NCBI RefSeq assembly: GCF_028641065.1 | Contig: NC_073389.1 | Span: 19,964,001 to 20,028,000, forward strand | Length of the DNA: 64,000 bases | Direction: 5' to 3' | From: Leucoraja erinacea | Lineage: Eukaryota | Part shown: positions 39,251-53,190 of the stretch, in pieces | How the letters are laid out: the number at the start of each line of letters is the position of its first letter | Position numbering within the stretch: position 1 is the first letter of the stretch | The notes under the pieces: model-generated | Told to the model about the DNA's origin: nothing | The model's database searches: none | What the model saw: only the letters and a program-made list of their open reading frames with translations | Made by a program: the position numbers and the translations under genes

Positions 39251-41188
39251 CATAGAAACATAGAAACATAGAAAGTAGGTGCGAGAGCAGACCACCAGGT
39301 CCATCGAGCCCGCACCGCCATTCGCTCATGGCTGAACACTAAACAGACACACTTACCCACAAACAGTAGACACAAGACACAGAACACAAGACACTACCCT
39401 CCCCTTTATACCGCTATCACCCCTCTCCACCCCAAGAACCTCGTGATCTCCTGGGGGAGGCAAAAAACCGGATAAAAACCCAGGTCCAATTCGGGAAAAA
39501 AAATCCGGGAAATTCCTCTCCGACCCCAATCTAGGCGATCGACACTTGTCCAGGAGATCACTCAGGTCTTACTATACTAACCATACCTAGGTCCATATCC
39601 CTGCCCTCTCCCCGTAGCCCCTTATCCCCTTGGCAGCTAAAAAACCATCTATTTTAGTCTTAAGTATATTTAAAGTTTCTGCTTCCACTGCTCCCTGGGG
39701 CAGTGAATTCCATAAATTAACCACCCTCTGGGTGAAGAAGTTCTTCCTCATCTCAGTTTTAAAAGAGCCCCCCCTTATTCTGCAACTATGTCCCCTAGTT
39801 CTAGTTTCCCCGATCATTGGGAACATCCTCGGTGCATCCACCCGATCAAGGCCCCTCACGATCTTATATGTTTCAATGAGATCGCCTCTCATTCTTCTAA
39901 ACTCCAAAGAGTAGAGTTCCAGCCTACTTAACCTTTCCTCATATGTCAATCCCCTCATTGCAGGAATTAATCTTGTAAACCTTCGCTGCACTGCCTCCAG
40001 GGCTAGTACATCCTTTCTTAAGTATGGACCCCAGAACTGTACACAGTATTCCAAATGTGGTCTCACTAATACTGTGTACAGCTGCAGCAAGACCTCCGTG
40101 TTTTTATACTCAATCCCCCTAGCAATAAAGGCCAAAACTCCATTGGCCTTCCTGATTGCTTGCTGCACCTGCATACTAACTTTCAGTGATTCATGTACTA
40201 ATACCCCTAGATCCCTTTGTGTTGCATTACAACGCAGCTCCTCCTCATTTAGAAAATAACTTGCCCTATCATTTTTTTTCCCAAAGTGAATGACTTCACA
40301 TTTATTAGTATTAAATTTCATCTGCCAAGTTGTTGCCCACTCACCTAGCTTATCTATATCCTTTTGCAGACTCTTCCTATCCTCCTCATCCCCTACTTTT
40401 CCTCCCATTTTTGTATCGTCCGCAAATTTTGATATATTACACTTGGTTCCCTCCTCCAAATCATTTATATAAATTGTGAACAACTGGGGTCCCAGCACCG
40501 ACCCTTGCGGAACCCCGCTAGTTACCGGTTGCCATCCCGAGTATGAACCATTTATCCCCACTCTCTGCTTCCTATTTGTTAGCCAATCCTCTACCCATGC
40601 TAATATATTACCCCCAATCCCATAATTTTTTATTTTTAGCAATAGTCTCTTATGTGGCACCTTGTCAAAAGCCTTTTGGAAGTCCAAGTATACCACATCC
40701 ACCGGTTCCCCTTTATCCACCCGGGTTGTTACTTCCTCAAAGAATTCGAGCAGATTCGTTAAACAGGACTTCCCCTTCACAAAACCATGTTGGTTCTGTC
40801 CGATGAAGTCATGTTTATCCAAGTGCCCCGTTAGTGTTTCTTTAATAATTGTCTCTAACATTTTACCCACCACCGATGTTAGACTAACCGGTCTATAGTT
40901 ACCCGCCTTCTGTTTACTTCCTTTTTTAAATATAGGTGTTACATTGGCCATTTTCCAATCCACTGGGACCGTTCCTGCCTCCAGGGAGTTTTGGAAAATT
41001 ATCACCAATGCATCCACAATCCCCACCGCTATCTCCCTCAAGACCCTTGGATGTAATCCATCAGGCCCAGGGGATTTATCCTCCTTCAGTCTCATTAATT
41101 TCCCTAATACCACCTCCTTGGTGATCTTAATAGTATTTAGCTCCTCCATTCCTACCGCCCCCTGTTTATCCAGCGTTGGAATATTTTT
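39251..41188 (-). mobile_element. Young 5'-truncated CR1-clade LINE
   Basis: ORF2 frame is uninterrupted up to the truncation point; 3' UTR of about 335 nt; (TTTCTATG)3 tail. Confidence 0.95.
39587..41149 (-). CDS. CR1 LINE ORF2 reverse transcriptase, 520 aa, N-terminally truncated (no endonuclease)
   Basis: Motifs KSPGPDG, NYRPVSLTS, QHGF, YLDFQKAFDKV, SGVPQGSVLGP and KFADD. Confidence 0.93.
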   Translation of the reverse strand: MEELNTIKITKEVVLGKLMRLKEDKSPGPDGLHPRVLREIAVGIVDALVIIFQNSLEAGTVPVDWKMANVTPIFKKGSKQKAGNYRPVSLTSVVGKMLETIIKETLTGHLDKHDFIGQNQHGFVKGKSCLTNLLEFFEEVTTRVDKGEPVDVVYLDFQKAFDKVPHKRLLLKIKNYGIGGNILAWVEDWLTNRKQRVGINGSYSGWQPVTSGVPQGSVLGPQLFTIYINDLEEGTKCNISKFADDTKMGGKVGDEEDRKSLQKDIDKLGEWATTWQMKFNTNKCEVIHFGKKNDRASYFLNEEELRCNATQRDLGVLVHESLKVSMQVQQAIRKANGVLAFIARGIEYKNTEVLLQLYTVLVRPHLEYCVQFWGPYLRKDVLALEAVQRRFTRLIPAMRGLTYEERLSRLELYSLEFRRMRGDLIETYKIVRGLDRVDAPRMFPMIGETRTRGHSCRIRGGSFKTEMRKNFFTQRVVNLWNSLPQGAVEAETLNILKTKIDGFLAAKGIRGYGERAGIWT

Positions 41189-41249
41189 TTACATCACTCT
41201 GTCTTGCCACTGTATCTGTGCTGCACTGAGCAGCAACAGTGGACATGCA

Positions 41250-43320
41250 AAACAGAACATAGTAGGCATTGACTACAAAACAGATCAGTGTGTCCATATA
41301 CCATTATATAATTATATACACACATGAATAAATAAACTGATCAAGTGCAAATAGCAGATAATGGGCTATTAATGTTCAGAGTTTTTTCCGAGCCAAATTT
41401 AATAGCCCGATGGCTGTGGGGAAGTAGCTATTCCTGAACCTGGTCGTTGCAGTCTTCAGGCTCCTGTACCTTCTACCTGAAGTTAGCAGGGAGATGAGTG
41501 TGTGGCCAGGATGGTGTGGGTCCTTGATGATACTGCCAGCCTTTTTGAGGCAGCGACTGCGATCGATCCCCTCGATGGAAGGGAGGTCAGAGCCGATGAT
41601 GCTGGGCAGTGTTTACTACTTTTTGTAGTCTTTTCCTCTCCAAGGCGCTCAAGTTGCCGAACCACGATGCAACCAGTCAGCATGCTCGCTACTGTGCACC
41701 TGTAGAAGTTAGAGAGAGTCTTCCTTGACAAACCAACTCTCCGTAATCTTCTCAGGAAGTAGAGGCGTGATGTGCTTTCTTAAGAATTGCATCAGTGTTC
41801 TCGGACCAGGAAAGATCTTCAGAGATGTGCATGCCCATGGATTTGAAGCTCTTGACCCTTTCAACCATCGACCCATTGATATAAACGGGACTGTGGGTCC
41901 CCATCCTACTCCTTCCAAAGTCCACAATCAGTTACTTGGTTTTGCTGGTGTTGAGGGCCAGGTTATTGTGCTGGCACCATATGGACAGTCACTCGATCTC
42001 TCTTCTATACTCTGACTCATCCCCATCAGCGATACGTCCCACAACAGTGGTGTCGTCAGCGAACTTGATGATAGAGTTCGCACTATGACCGGCTACGCAG
42101 TCATGAGTATAGAGTGAGTACAGTAGAGGGCTGAGCACGCAGCCTTGAGGTGCTCCCGTGCTGATTCTTATCGAGTCTGACACATTTCCACCAATAGAAA
42201 CAGACTGTGGTCTGTGAATGAGGAAGTCGAGGATCCAATTGCAGAGGGATGCACAGAGACCCAGTTCTGCGAGTTTGGTAACCAGCTTGGAGGGGATGAT
42301 TGTATTAAATGCCGAGCTGTAATCAATGAATAACAGCCTGACATATGAGTTTTTGTTGTCCAAGTGGTCCAGAGCGGAATGGAGGGCCAGCGAGATCGCA
42401 TCCACCGTTGATCTGTTGTGGTGGTAAGCGAACTGTAGTGGGTCCAGGGTTTTGGCAAGGTAGGAGTTGATTTGCTCCATGATCAACCTCTCAAAACACT
42501 TTATCACCACCGACGTTAGTGCCACTGGTCGATAGTCATTGAGGCACATCACCTTACTCTTCTTGTGCACTGGTTTAATTGATGCCCTTTTGAAGCAGGT
42601 GGGAACCTCAGACCTCAGAAGTGAGAGGTTGAAAATGTCCGTAAAAACTCCAGCCAGTTGATCCGCTCAAGTTTTTAGAACACGACCGGGTATACCATCA
42701 GGTCCAGGCGCTTTTCGAGGGTCACTCCTCTGAAGGATTTCCTGACGTCAGCCTCTGTGACTGAGACAGAAATACCATCGCAGCGAATGGGGGCTTGGGA
42801 AGGCACATCAGTGTTCTCCCTATCAAAGCGTGCGTAAAACGCATTGAGCTCGTCAGGGAGTGATGTTTCACCAACATTCGAGCTGCCTCCTGGTTTCGCC
42901 TTGTAGGAGGTGATTGCATTCAGGCCCCGCCACAGCTGCCGAACATCTGTCTCACCCTCCAATTTGGAGCAGAAGTCCCTTTTGGCCTTTTTGATGGCCT
43001 TACCATGGTCGTATCTGGACTTCTTGTAGACCACTGTATCATCAGACTTGAATGCCCAGTGTCAGGTCTTCAGAAGAGTGCGGATCTCAAAGTTCATCCA
43101 AGATTTCTGATTGGGAAACACTCCGAAGGTTTTTGTAGGGATGCAGTCCTCCACACATTTCTTAATAAAGTCTGTAACGACTGTGGCATATTCGTTCAAG
43201 TCCGTTGTCAAGTCCTTGAACATTGCCCAGTCTACAGACTCCAAACATTCCTGTAGTTGTTCAACTGCCCCCCCCCCGACTAGGTCTGTACAGTCCTCAC
43301 CTCTGGGGGTGCGCTCTTTA
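41250..43320 (-). mobile_element. Rex1/Babar LINE, 5'-truncated, with frameshifts and deletions
   Basis: ORF pieces [74 protein letters not shown] and LSNFYRCTVASMLTGCI. Confidence 0.9.
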
Positions 43321-44185
43321 ATTGCTGCCTGTAGGCAGGAAGAAGCAGCACTGCTTATTGATCCCAGGAGGGAAATAGGTCTGCCAACAGTCATAAAAAC
43401 ATAACAAGATACACGGAACATTAACATAAAATGACAAGTGGAAAGGATTGGGGATGTGCAAAGACTGGGGGGGAGGGGGGAGGGGGGCAAATAGCTACAG
43501 GGGGAAATAATCTCCTGTGGTGTTCTGTTGCTGAAGGTGCTCCTCAGGTTGACCAGTGTGTCATGGAGGGGGTGAGCTGTACTGTCCCAGGTGTGCCACA
43601 GTTAGAGGAGCATCCTCCCCTCCAAGACCATCTCCAGTGAATCCAACTCCACTTCCAGGATGGAGCCAGCCTTCCTGATGAGCTTGTTAATTCTGTTGCC
43701 GTGTGTTTGTGTGTGTGGTGTTCTGGGCTACATCCACAACTCTCTGCACAACTCTCAGTCTTGGGCAGAGCTGTTGCCAAACCAAGCTGTGATGCATCCC
43801 AATGCGAGGCTTTTTACAGTGCATGTGCAGAGGTTGGTAAGACTCATTGGAGACAAGTTGCATCTCTTTAGTCTGAAGTCTGTCAGAGTGATTGTGAGCG
43901 TGATGCCAGGCAAACCTGGATTCTACTGTAGTGTTCCATTTGCCATCCTGCAGTCTCTGTACATGTGGATAAAGTGGAATCTTCCATTCAAATGCCTGAA
44001 TGTTGCCATATCAAGCATGATTTGATCTATCAGTTAGGTTCTAATAATAGTAGTGAATAACATTTCATGCACACCACTGTAGAGAAAACATTGTATCAGC
44101 ATGAGTCCTTCATGTAGATTTAGTTGAATAATTCCAAGAGTGAGAAGTTGCATTTGTGAAAATGGAATTGAAATAATAGGTGCGA

Positions 44186-44715
44186 AAAAGAACTGCAGAT
44201 GCTGGTTTAAATCGAAGACAGACACAAAATGCTGGAGTAACTCAGCAGGACAGGCAGCATCTCTGGAGAGAAGGAATGGGCGACGTTTTGGGTCAAGTAC
44301 CCAAGCGAAATATGAGGTGCTGTTCCTCCAATTTGCGCTGGCCTGACTCTGACAATGGAGGAGTCCCAGGACAGAAAGGTAAGATTGCGAATGGGAGGGA
44401 GATTTGAAGTGCTGAGCCACTGGGAGATCAGGTAGGTTAAGCCGGACTCAGAGTAGGTGTTCAGTGAAACGAGCGCCAAGCCTGCGCTACGGTCTTGCCG
44501 ATGTAGAGATGTTGACACCTGGAACAGCGGATACAGTAGATGCGGTTGGAGGAGGTGCAAGTGAACCTCTGTCCCACCTGGAAAGACTGTTTGGGTCCTT
44601 GGATGGAACAGTGACCCAGGAGTCTATTCCCTCCACAAATGTAGCCTGACCCGCAATGTATCTCCAACACTTTTTTTTTCTCTCCACAATATTCAGCATC
44701 TGCAGTCTCTTGTAT
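44186..44715 (-). mobile_element. Penelope-like element remnant with GIY-YIG endonuclease coding sequence and inverted ends
   Basis: Translates as QGPKQSFQVGQRFTCTSSNRIYCIRCSRCQHLYIGKT and AQHFKSPSHSQSYLSVLGLLHCQS; flanked by the terminal sequence that forms the fold-back elements. Confidence 0.85.
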
Positions 44716-46894
44716 CACAATTCTGTTGAGGGCTGAGAATCATTGAAATAAAAACAATATTTTTCTGAAGTAAATAGCCTTGGTCGGCAAGATATAATTA
44801 AATGGTAGGAGCTCATAATTTCCAGTCACAGTTACACCAGACATTCAGCTCTGTACATATGATAAACCTCGCCGGTATCTCTTTTAGACAAAGCACCCAC
44901 AGTATAAGAAAATAGTGTAGTATATTGAATTTTTCAGTAAAGCAAAGGCTGTTTGCCAGATTGTATTACATTGACATTAATTTTGTCTAGCTGCCATGCT
45001 GACTGAAACTTTTACATAATGGATGTTCAATCAAGTATTTTATGCTTTTACTTTATGTTCTAATCAATCAGTATCTGGGTATAAAATTGCACAATCCTTC
45101 AAAATACGATACCATTATATTCCTTTTGGGATTTTTCTCATGCACAATATTCCATGCTATTTCTTGCCACCAGAGTCCTGGTCTTGTCATATTCCTATAT
45201 ATCTGACCCAGTTCTACTCAATATTCACAAGCAGATTTAAAGTATTTGTTATAATCTGTTCAGCAAATTTAATTTTGGACAAGGGGGAAAAGGACACATT
45301 CACTAGTATCTCATGAACAAAGGGAGTCTGGCAGAAACAGGGCACTGCAGATAGACACAAAGTGGTGGAGTACCTCAATGGGTTTGGCAGCATCTCTGGA
45401 GAACATGGATAGGTGACATCCTTCTTCAGGTTCAGGGTCCCGACCCAAAATGACCTCCATCCTTTTTCTCCAGAGATGCTGCCTGACCTGTTAAGTGGCT
45501 CCAGCAAACAAAGGAACTTTGTTCTCTTGTGCCTGTTTATTCCCACACTTTTACCCCACCCACCACCCCTACCCGAATTGGTTTTGAATTCCCAATAAAG
45601 ATACCCGCGGGTACCAGGTGGGTTTGAAGCACTGCAACAGCAAATGATTCAAGACCCTGGATGTTAGGCGCCAATGCCTCTAAATGATCAATGACACCAT
45701 CAACACACTCGCCAATCCAATGGCAAGAGATAACGTCACCTGTCGAAGGAGCGGGAGGATCTGCCTGAGGGTGGCACAGTGGCGCAGTGATCGAGTTGCT
45801 GCTCACAGCACCAGGGACCCGGGTTCAATATTGACAATGGGTGCTATCCATATGGAGCTCGTACGATCTCACCATGATCTGTTAATTTTCTGCGGGATCT
45901 CCAGCTTGAGAGGGAAAGATAGATCAGCCTTGAATGAATGGTGAAATAGACTTTATGAGCTGAATGTCCTAAATCTGCATCTATCACTAATGAACATGAT
46001 ATACTGAGGATCTGATTATACAGCCTTCCAGGGCACTGGTATTGAGAATTACCGTGGAAAAGTAGTTGTTCCCTACCCTTTCTAAAAGGGTTGAAGTTAA
46101 GGAAGTCAAGGATCTATTTGTCGACGGGGTGCTGAGACTAATTTCCAGGAGTTGGGAGGTACATTTGGTTGGAGCTGTGGTGTTGAAAATTGAGCTATAG
46201 ACAAAAAATCACAGTCCGACATAGATGTCCTTATTATCCAGGCATTCCAGAGATGAGTGTGGAGGCCGGGGAGATGGCGTCTGCTGTGGACCTATAATAA
46301 TGTAGTAAATCAAGCCAAGTCTGCACAGTTGGAGTTAATGTGCATCATGACCAGCCTCTTGATGATGGTGGAGTTAATAAATTCAATAGAAGTACATTTC
46401 AAACCAAATGGTATAGTGATTAAAAATAATGTTTCGAAGAGGATCATTTTCCAAAAGCAAGAATTCATTATTCCTACTTTCATTTTTGTCATTTGTATTC
46501 TCGGATACAGATGAGTGACCTGGCTGTGATTGTAGTGCAGTTTCTTAGTTTGATGTTGCCGTAAGAATGAGGAAGAAGAAAAATGCCTCGGGCCAAAAGT
46601 TTTATGTGATAATTTCAGGAACGATGCAAGACATTAGCAAAATGAGCCGAAAGATTTGATTAATACAATGAATAAGAAAGAAAATTCTCCCAGGATTAAA
46701 GTTTAGTTCCCCTTAATAAAGGCCAAATGTCAGATACCATTAAAATATGATTACCTCCTTCTTCAAACATATATCTCCTTCAATTTCTCTACCTCAACAC
46801 TCGTTTTGAAGTTGCCCCTTCGAGCCTGCCATCATTAATATTTCTTATAAATGTTCAAAGTCAAATTTTGTTTGATAAAATGCTTTGGGATACT

Positions 46895-47180
46895 TTAGTT
46901 TATTGGAAACAGGCCCCTTAGCCCACCAAGTCTGCGCAAACCAGCCGTCACCGCGTACACCCGTTCTATCCTGTACGCTAGAGACGATTTACAGAAGCAA
47001 GTTAATCGACAGACCTGCACGACTTTGGAATGTGGGAGGACACGGGAGCACCCAGAGAAAATGTACGTGGTCACAGGGAGAGCGTACAATCTCCAAAATG
47101 GAAACACCCGTAGTCAGAATGGAACCCGGTTCTCTGACGCAGTAAGGCATCAACTCTACCACTGCGCCATTGTGCCGCCC
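46895..47180 (-). mobile_element. HE1-type V-SINE
   Basis: Full head-to-tail match to other copies. Confidence 0.85.
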
Positions 47181-50100
47181 TTAAGTAATGTTTAAGATGC
47201 TGGTTTTTGTGCAAGCGAATCTGGTTATTATTGGATAGTTTGTTTTTTACATCAGATTGTATAGGTTTCATTGTGTTAAGAGATATCAAGACTTTGAAAT
47301 ACAAGTGAAATAGAGAGGAAAGAGCTAAAGCTGACCAATTAGCTGCATTGGTAACCTACATGAGAAGGATGCACGCAAATTGACCTCCTTCCATGAACCA
47401 CATTGTAATCAGATTATTGCATGAATTATGCATGATGTTTGCACGTCTGAACAGTCCCACCCAAAACATTGCCTATTCATTCCCCCCACTGTTGCTTCCT
47501 GACCTGCTGAGTTATTCCAGCCCTTTGTGTTTTGCACAATTTTGTTGTGTTGAAAATCACCACTGTGATTCCCACTATTGCTGGCTCGAGCGGCCGAATG
47601 GCCTCCTCCTGCACCTATTTTTTTATTTTCTATGTTTCTAGAACAATGGCCACAACAATTTTTTTTAAATCATTTAATTAATTGAACATGAAGAGATTTG
47701 CAAAAGTTAAATCTCTGATCTATGATTTTTTTGTTTTATGACCACCTTTCAATCTGCACTCTCCTAATGTTCCTGTTCACTGGATCATTATGCCCTGATT
47801 CCTTTTGGGATTTGCCAGTCAGGGCACTGAGTTACTTGGGCCAGATTACGAGGGGCCTTCCCATTGTTTATCTGCATCATCAAGCCTAGTAGAATAGGAT
47901 GGCAACTGGGCAGCAGGCAGTGAGAAGATTCTGTCTCTAAAATGTCCCTGGTCGAAAGCAAAGCTGAGGATAGTGGACACAAATAAATTCAAAAAAGCAG
48001 TCAAAGTAAAACAATGAAAAATAAATTACCCCAAGCTTCTGTCGACAACCATTTCTTCACTTTGGAGTCAACGTGTTTAGTGTAGGATCCAATGGATTGA
48101 TTTCCCTGCCGTAAGTTCTTGGAAAGTTATGGAAATGTCTTCCCTTGCAAGTCTCCATGCATCTTTTACCCTCTATCATTTCTTGAGAATTCAGCCCTGA
48201 TCTGAGTCCATGAAAAAAAAAATGAAGGTGCAGTTGTGTATGTATTGAAGACATGCTCCTCGTATTAACTTTCTTCATAGAATCATACTGCATGGAAATA
48301 GGCCCTTTGGCCTAACTTGCCCACGCCGACAACATGCCCCATCTACATTAGTCCCAACTGCCTGCATTTGACTCATCTCCCTCTAAAATAATCCAACCTA
48401 TGTACATGTCAAAATGTTTTTTAAACATTGTGATGGTACCTACCACAATAACCTCCTCCAGCAGCTCGTTCCATATACCTACCATCCTTTCTGTAAAAAA
48501 ATAGCACCTGAAGTTCCGATCAAATCATTCCCCCCTCGCCTTAAACTTACGTCCTCGGGTATTTGATTCCCCTACTGAGTAAAAGACTCTGTGCATTTAC
48601 CCTATCTATTCCCTATGCTATCAAACGTGTTGCAGAGGAAGGACACGCTCAATTTGAATGAACTGAATTAAGCCCAGGTTTCAGAACTTTTCCCTAATGC
48701 TTCATATTGTAAAAGTGAATTCAAATATAATAATTAAACAAAGTGCAGTGATGGTAATGTCAGGGTTATGCACACCCATGCATCATTGCATTTCAAGTAG
48801 AAAGGCTAGGTGATTTGCTTTAATGTTTGTGAATGTAAAACCAAAATTATGCTTCGTATGCTGAAAGATCATTTGTTTTGTTTCGGTATTTCACCCACAT
48901 TGTGTGGAAAGAGAGTGATTAATTGAAACTTAGGTGGCGAATGTCACCTTAAGGCCCCTTGACATATTTTATTAGCGACAGAAATGTATTCAGTTCATTT
49001 TCTGTATTGCTGGTAATGTTGCTAAGATGATCCTCCATTGCACTTGATAAGCTATTTCCATTCAGAAGGTGGCCCATCATCCCAATCTAAGATAATAAAA
49101 CAGTTTGCTGCATTGACTAGTGCCTATTATTGTGTGAACCGTAAAATGAGCTGTCTACAATAGTGTTATGAATTTTAACAGTATGAAATAAAGGTTGAAA
49201 TTAGGTTGGAACGGTGTGAAATATAGTTTTTGAGGGTTAGGTGGCACAATTTGCTGCTGTGAATAAATAGTGGGGATTTTACTTCAAATAACATCAAACT
49301 TTTGGTTGAACAAAGTTCACAGGGAAAATTTTGTGCAATTCAAAGATTTAGTCAACCAGTATACATTGAAAAAGGGGCAACTTAGCCTCGAACTGTTAGT
49401 TCCCAAGGACTCCTAAAAGGGACATATTTTTATAAAATGATCTTGTAGCTATCAAACGGACTCAGTTTGGAGCCTTCAAATTTCTGAATACAAAGTAATT
49501 TGAACTCCTCACCCAGGATTTTCTGTCCAGCACTTTCAATGCATGCCTTGAAGGAGTGTTATTTTCCATGAGTGTCATCTTTTAAATGACATATTAAAAG
49601 TAAGATGCCACCTAAAACAACTGATCATTTATCTTGCCCATACAGTAATTGGAGTACATTGCTCCAATGAAAAACCGTAAATCTATTTAACCTCTTCATT
49701 ATTGTGTAACTATGATGTACATCTGAGTGACGAGGGGGCCAGAAGTATAAAGGTAAGGTTTTCTCCACTTAATCCACCAAAAACAACTTTAGTTTGAATC
49801 TTGATCTATCCTGAATTAGCAGGGCACTGGGTGGAAATTAGGAAGTAGAATTTAGGAGGATTCATTTTTTGTACCGCTGTCTAACAACTGTTGCTGGAAT
49901 TTGTTTAGTCAGAGGGTCATAGAACCGTAGAGTGATACAGTGTGTAAACAGGCCCTTCGACCCAACTTGCCCACACCGGCTACACTAGTCCCACTTGCCT
50001 GTGCTTGGTCCATATCCCTCCAAACCTGTCCTATCCATGTACCTGTCTAACTGTTTCTTTAGGTGAATCTGTGGATTCATTGCTACAGACGGCTTTCGAG

Positions 50101-52018
50101 GCCAACTATTTGGTTAGTTTTAAAGGGGAGATTGTAGGGTTGATGATTAGTAAGGGAGAAGGCAGGAGAATGGGGTTGAGAGGGAAAGATAGATCAGTCA
50201 TGATTGAATGGTGGAGTAGACTCAAAGAGCCGAATGGCCTAATTCTGCTCCAATGATTTATGAACATGCTGGGTTGTGCATATTTCAGATAGAGGGGGAG
50301 TTTGCTTTGTGCTACACCCTTAAATTTATTGTCACTCTCAGTCCAGGCTGATGAATGAAGATTACACGAAAGGTAATAATTTAACATTCCCTCTTTCAGA
50401 AGTGGCCCAATTTTCTCCAAAGCAAATCTAAAAGCACAGCAGTGCCTTGGGCAGAAATAAATGAAAATGCTTTGTTCTTGTGAACAGAAGTGAAACATTT
50501 CCTCACTGGGAAAATGTTAGTAAAGGTCACAGGACAAATCTGTCACCCATTTTCTTTGATTTGGACTGATGTGTCTTGTGCTGGTAGTTGAATTAGAAAG
50601 AGATGAGTTTGAAGTCGTCAAGAGTGTTTTATTGTCATATGTCCCAAAACGGAACAATGAAATTCCTACTTGCCGCAGCACAGATATGGAAACATAGCAC
50701 TCTGTAAAATCCATATATTTTTTTAAAAGTTTAGTGCATATGTATAAAATAGACAGACAAATAAATTAACTATGATAGTGCAAAGTCAAAAATAATGAGT
50801 CTATTTAGGTCAGAGCCGATTTGGAGGTTGTAGTGTTTAATAGCCTGGTTGTTGGGAAGAAGCTGTTCCTGAATCAGGATGTTACAGTTTTCAGACTCCT
50901 ATAACTTCTTCCCAATGGCAGGAGTGAAGAGTACATGGCCAGGGTGGTGTGGGTCTCTGATGATGCTGGCTGCCTTTGTGAGGCAGAGACTCTTGTCGAT
51001 CCCTTCAATGGTGCGTGGTTTTCTGCTTGAGTGTTTGCAATAAGCGCTCGGAACACGTATTGCAAAAATGTGTTACTGTTGCTGAAGTGTTCACATCCTT
51101 GAAAATCAAAACAAAGCTCATTATAATTTCAAGCCAATGTCTATAGTCCTCTTAGGAGTGATGGACTGGGCAGTGTTCATCACCTTTTGCAAACAGGGAG
51201 TACAACTTTTAATTAAGGAAATAAAACATTCACCTGCTTAATATCATTCCTGTATCTTTTTCCTGCTTTTATTGAACCAAAATGTAAATTCCTCTCTGTC
51301 ATTGTCCTCTTCTGCATGTCAGGGATGTTTTTTTTTTAATGTTTGCAACAAGCGTTCGGGACATGGATTGCAAAATTGTGCTCCTCTTGCTGAAGTGTCC
51401 ACTTCCATTCAAATCAAAACCACAACTCTCATTATAATTTCAAACCGCTGTTTATAGTCCTCTTATGAGTGATTGATGCAACTTAAATTTTGACAAGTAT
51501 TGCAATCTTGACCTTTTTTTATCTAAGGAAATGGCAAAATTACCAAGTCAGCATATTTGAATTATTAAAATAGATTCAACAATTCATTTCACATTGTCAA
51601 TGCCTGGCAGTAACTCCTGAGAATAAAGCTTCAGTGAGATTAATTAGGGGTTAAATTAATGATATTAATTGAATTAATTAGGGGCGGCACACTGGTGCAG
51701 TGGTAGGTTTGCTGCCTTACAGCAACAGATTCCCACATTCGATCCTGACTACGGGTGCAGTCTTTACGGAGTTTGGAAGTTCTCCATGTGACCCCGTGGG
51801 TTTTCTCTGGGAGCTGCGGTTTCCTCCCACATTCTAAAGCCATTTAAAAGCTTTGCAGCCAGGAGAAATCACCCAGAAGGCATCTTGCTCTCCAAACTAT
51901 GCACGTCAAAATGTACTCATTTGCAATGCTCCGACATTTGAATTGAAGGATGAAAAGCATCTGAGATAGCTGGATCTTCTTTAAAGGGAAACTTAATGTG
52001 CAATCCTTTCAAGTATTT

Positions 52019-52020
<2 letters not shown>

Positions 52021-52052
<32 letters not shown>
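52021..52052. repeat. Poly-G run (32 G)
   Basis: Read directly from the sequence. Confidence 0.9.
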
Positions 52053-52054
<2 letters not shown>

Positions 52055-53190
52055 TTTTCTCATTGCTGCATTAGTATCTGATCTAAATTTCCAAAATTGT
52101 CCATAATTTTTCTGGTGAATTGTACTGGCAGATGGTTGCAAGTGACTGAGATATTTGCACTGAATGACCTTCATTTGATGAAAAGGAGATGTTTTTGATG
52201 AAAATCTCATTTCACTAAGTAAATGCCAGCTGAAGTACAGAGTGTTTTTCCACAACAATATTGCTATTATCTCTCAGATGAAAACTAATCATGTGGTTTA
52301 TTTGCTTCAGTCTCCCTCCTGTAATGACTTCCAGGTACATTTTTAGCACAGACATAAAATGCTGGAGTAACTCAGCGGGTCAGGTAGCATCTCTGGAGAA
52401 ATGGAACAGGTGATCTTTTAGGTCGGAACCCTTCTTCTTTCAGTCTGAGGAAGGGATTGTTCCAAAAAAATAAGTCAGGGCATCAATCTCAAATATTACA
52501 TTTATATTACAAAGTAAAATTACATTCTATAATATTACCATTATCGTTGGCTGAATTTGCAGGTTGCAACAGAAAAGAACAAAGTCTACGGAAACAGAAT
52601 ATTGCGACAAGCAAATGTCTCCATTACTTTTCCACAAAAGGCTGACTAATAGTGTTTTTCTATTCATCTCCAACCTCTGACCACTATTTGCATAATGAAG
52701 TGTAGAAAAGCCAATTTATTTTAAATTAAGAATCTGTGCAAATAAACCGTACGTGATCTACAGTTCAATGAGTCAGTGAAACACGCAAATTTACTTCTTA
52801 GTGCAACGCAGTAGAAAGAAACATAGTTGAAAGCTATCTTTTTTTTTAATATGTTAAACAGGAAACCCCATTTACTATAATATTACCATATTTAAAATGA
52901 TAAAATGCCCAGCCAAAACAAAAACACTGCTTTTCTGTCTTTTTCATAACAAATCTCTCTGCCAAAGCTGATTCGAGCAATTTTAAGTTGATTAGGGCTC
53001 GATAAGAATATGGTTCATTAAAAATCATTGCTATTTTTAAAATTAAAATGTTTTTTTTTCATATCCTATTAACAATGTAATGCGTAGGAAGGAGCTGCAG
53101 GTGCTGCTTTAAAGCGAAGATAAGCACAAAATGCTGGAGTAGGACAGGCAGCATCAGCAGGACAGGCAGCATCTCTGGAGAGAAGGAGTG

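Noticed and set aside
45660-45770. Promoter-like CCAAT and TAACGTCA cluster
   Set aside because: These are short motifs between repeat remnants, with no linked transcript evidence.
52021-52052. Poly-G as a functional G-quadruplex
   Set aside because: It has no supporting context, and homopolymer length is unreliable in assemblies.
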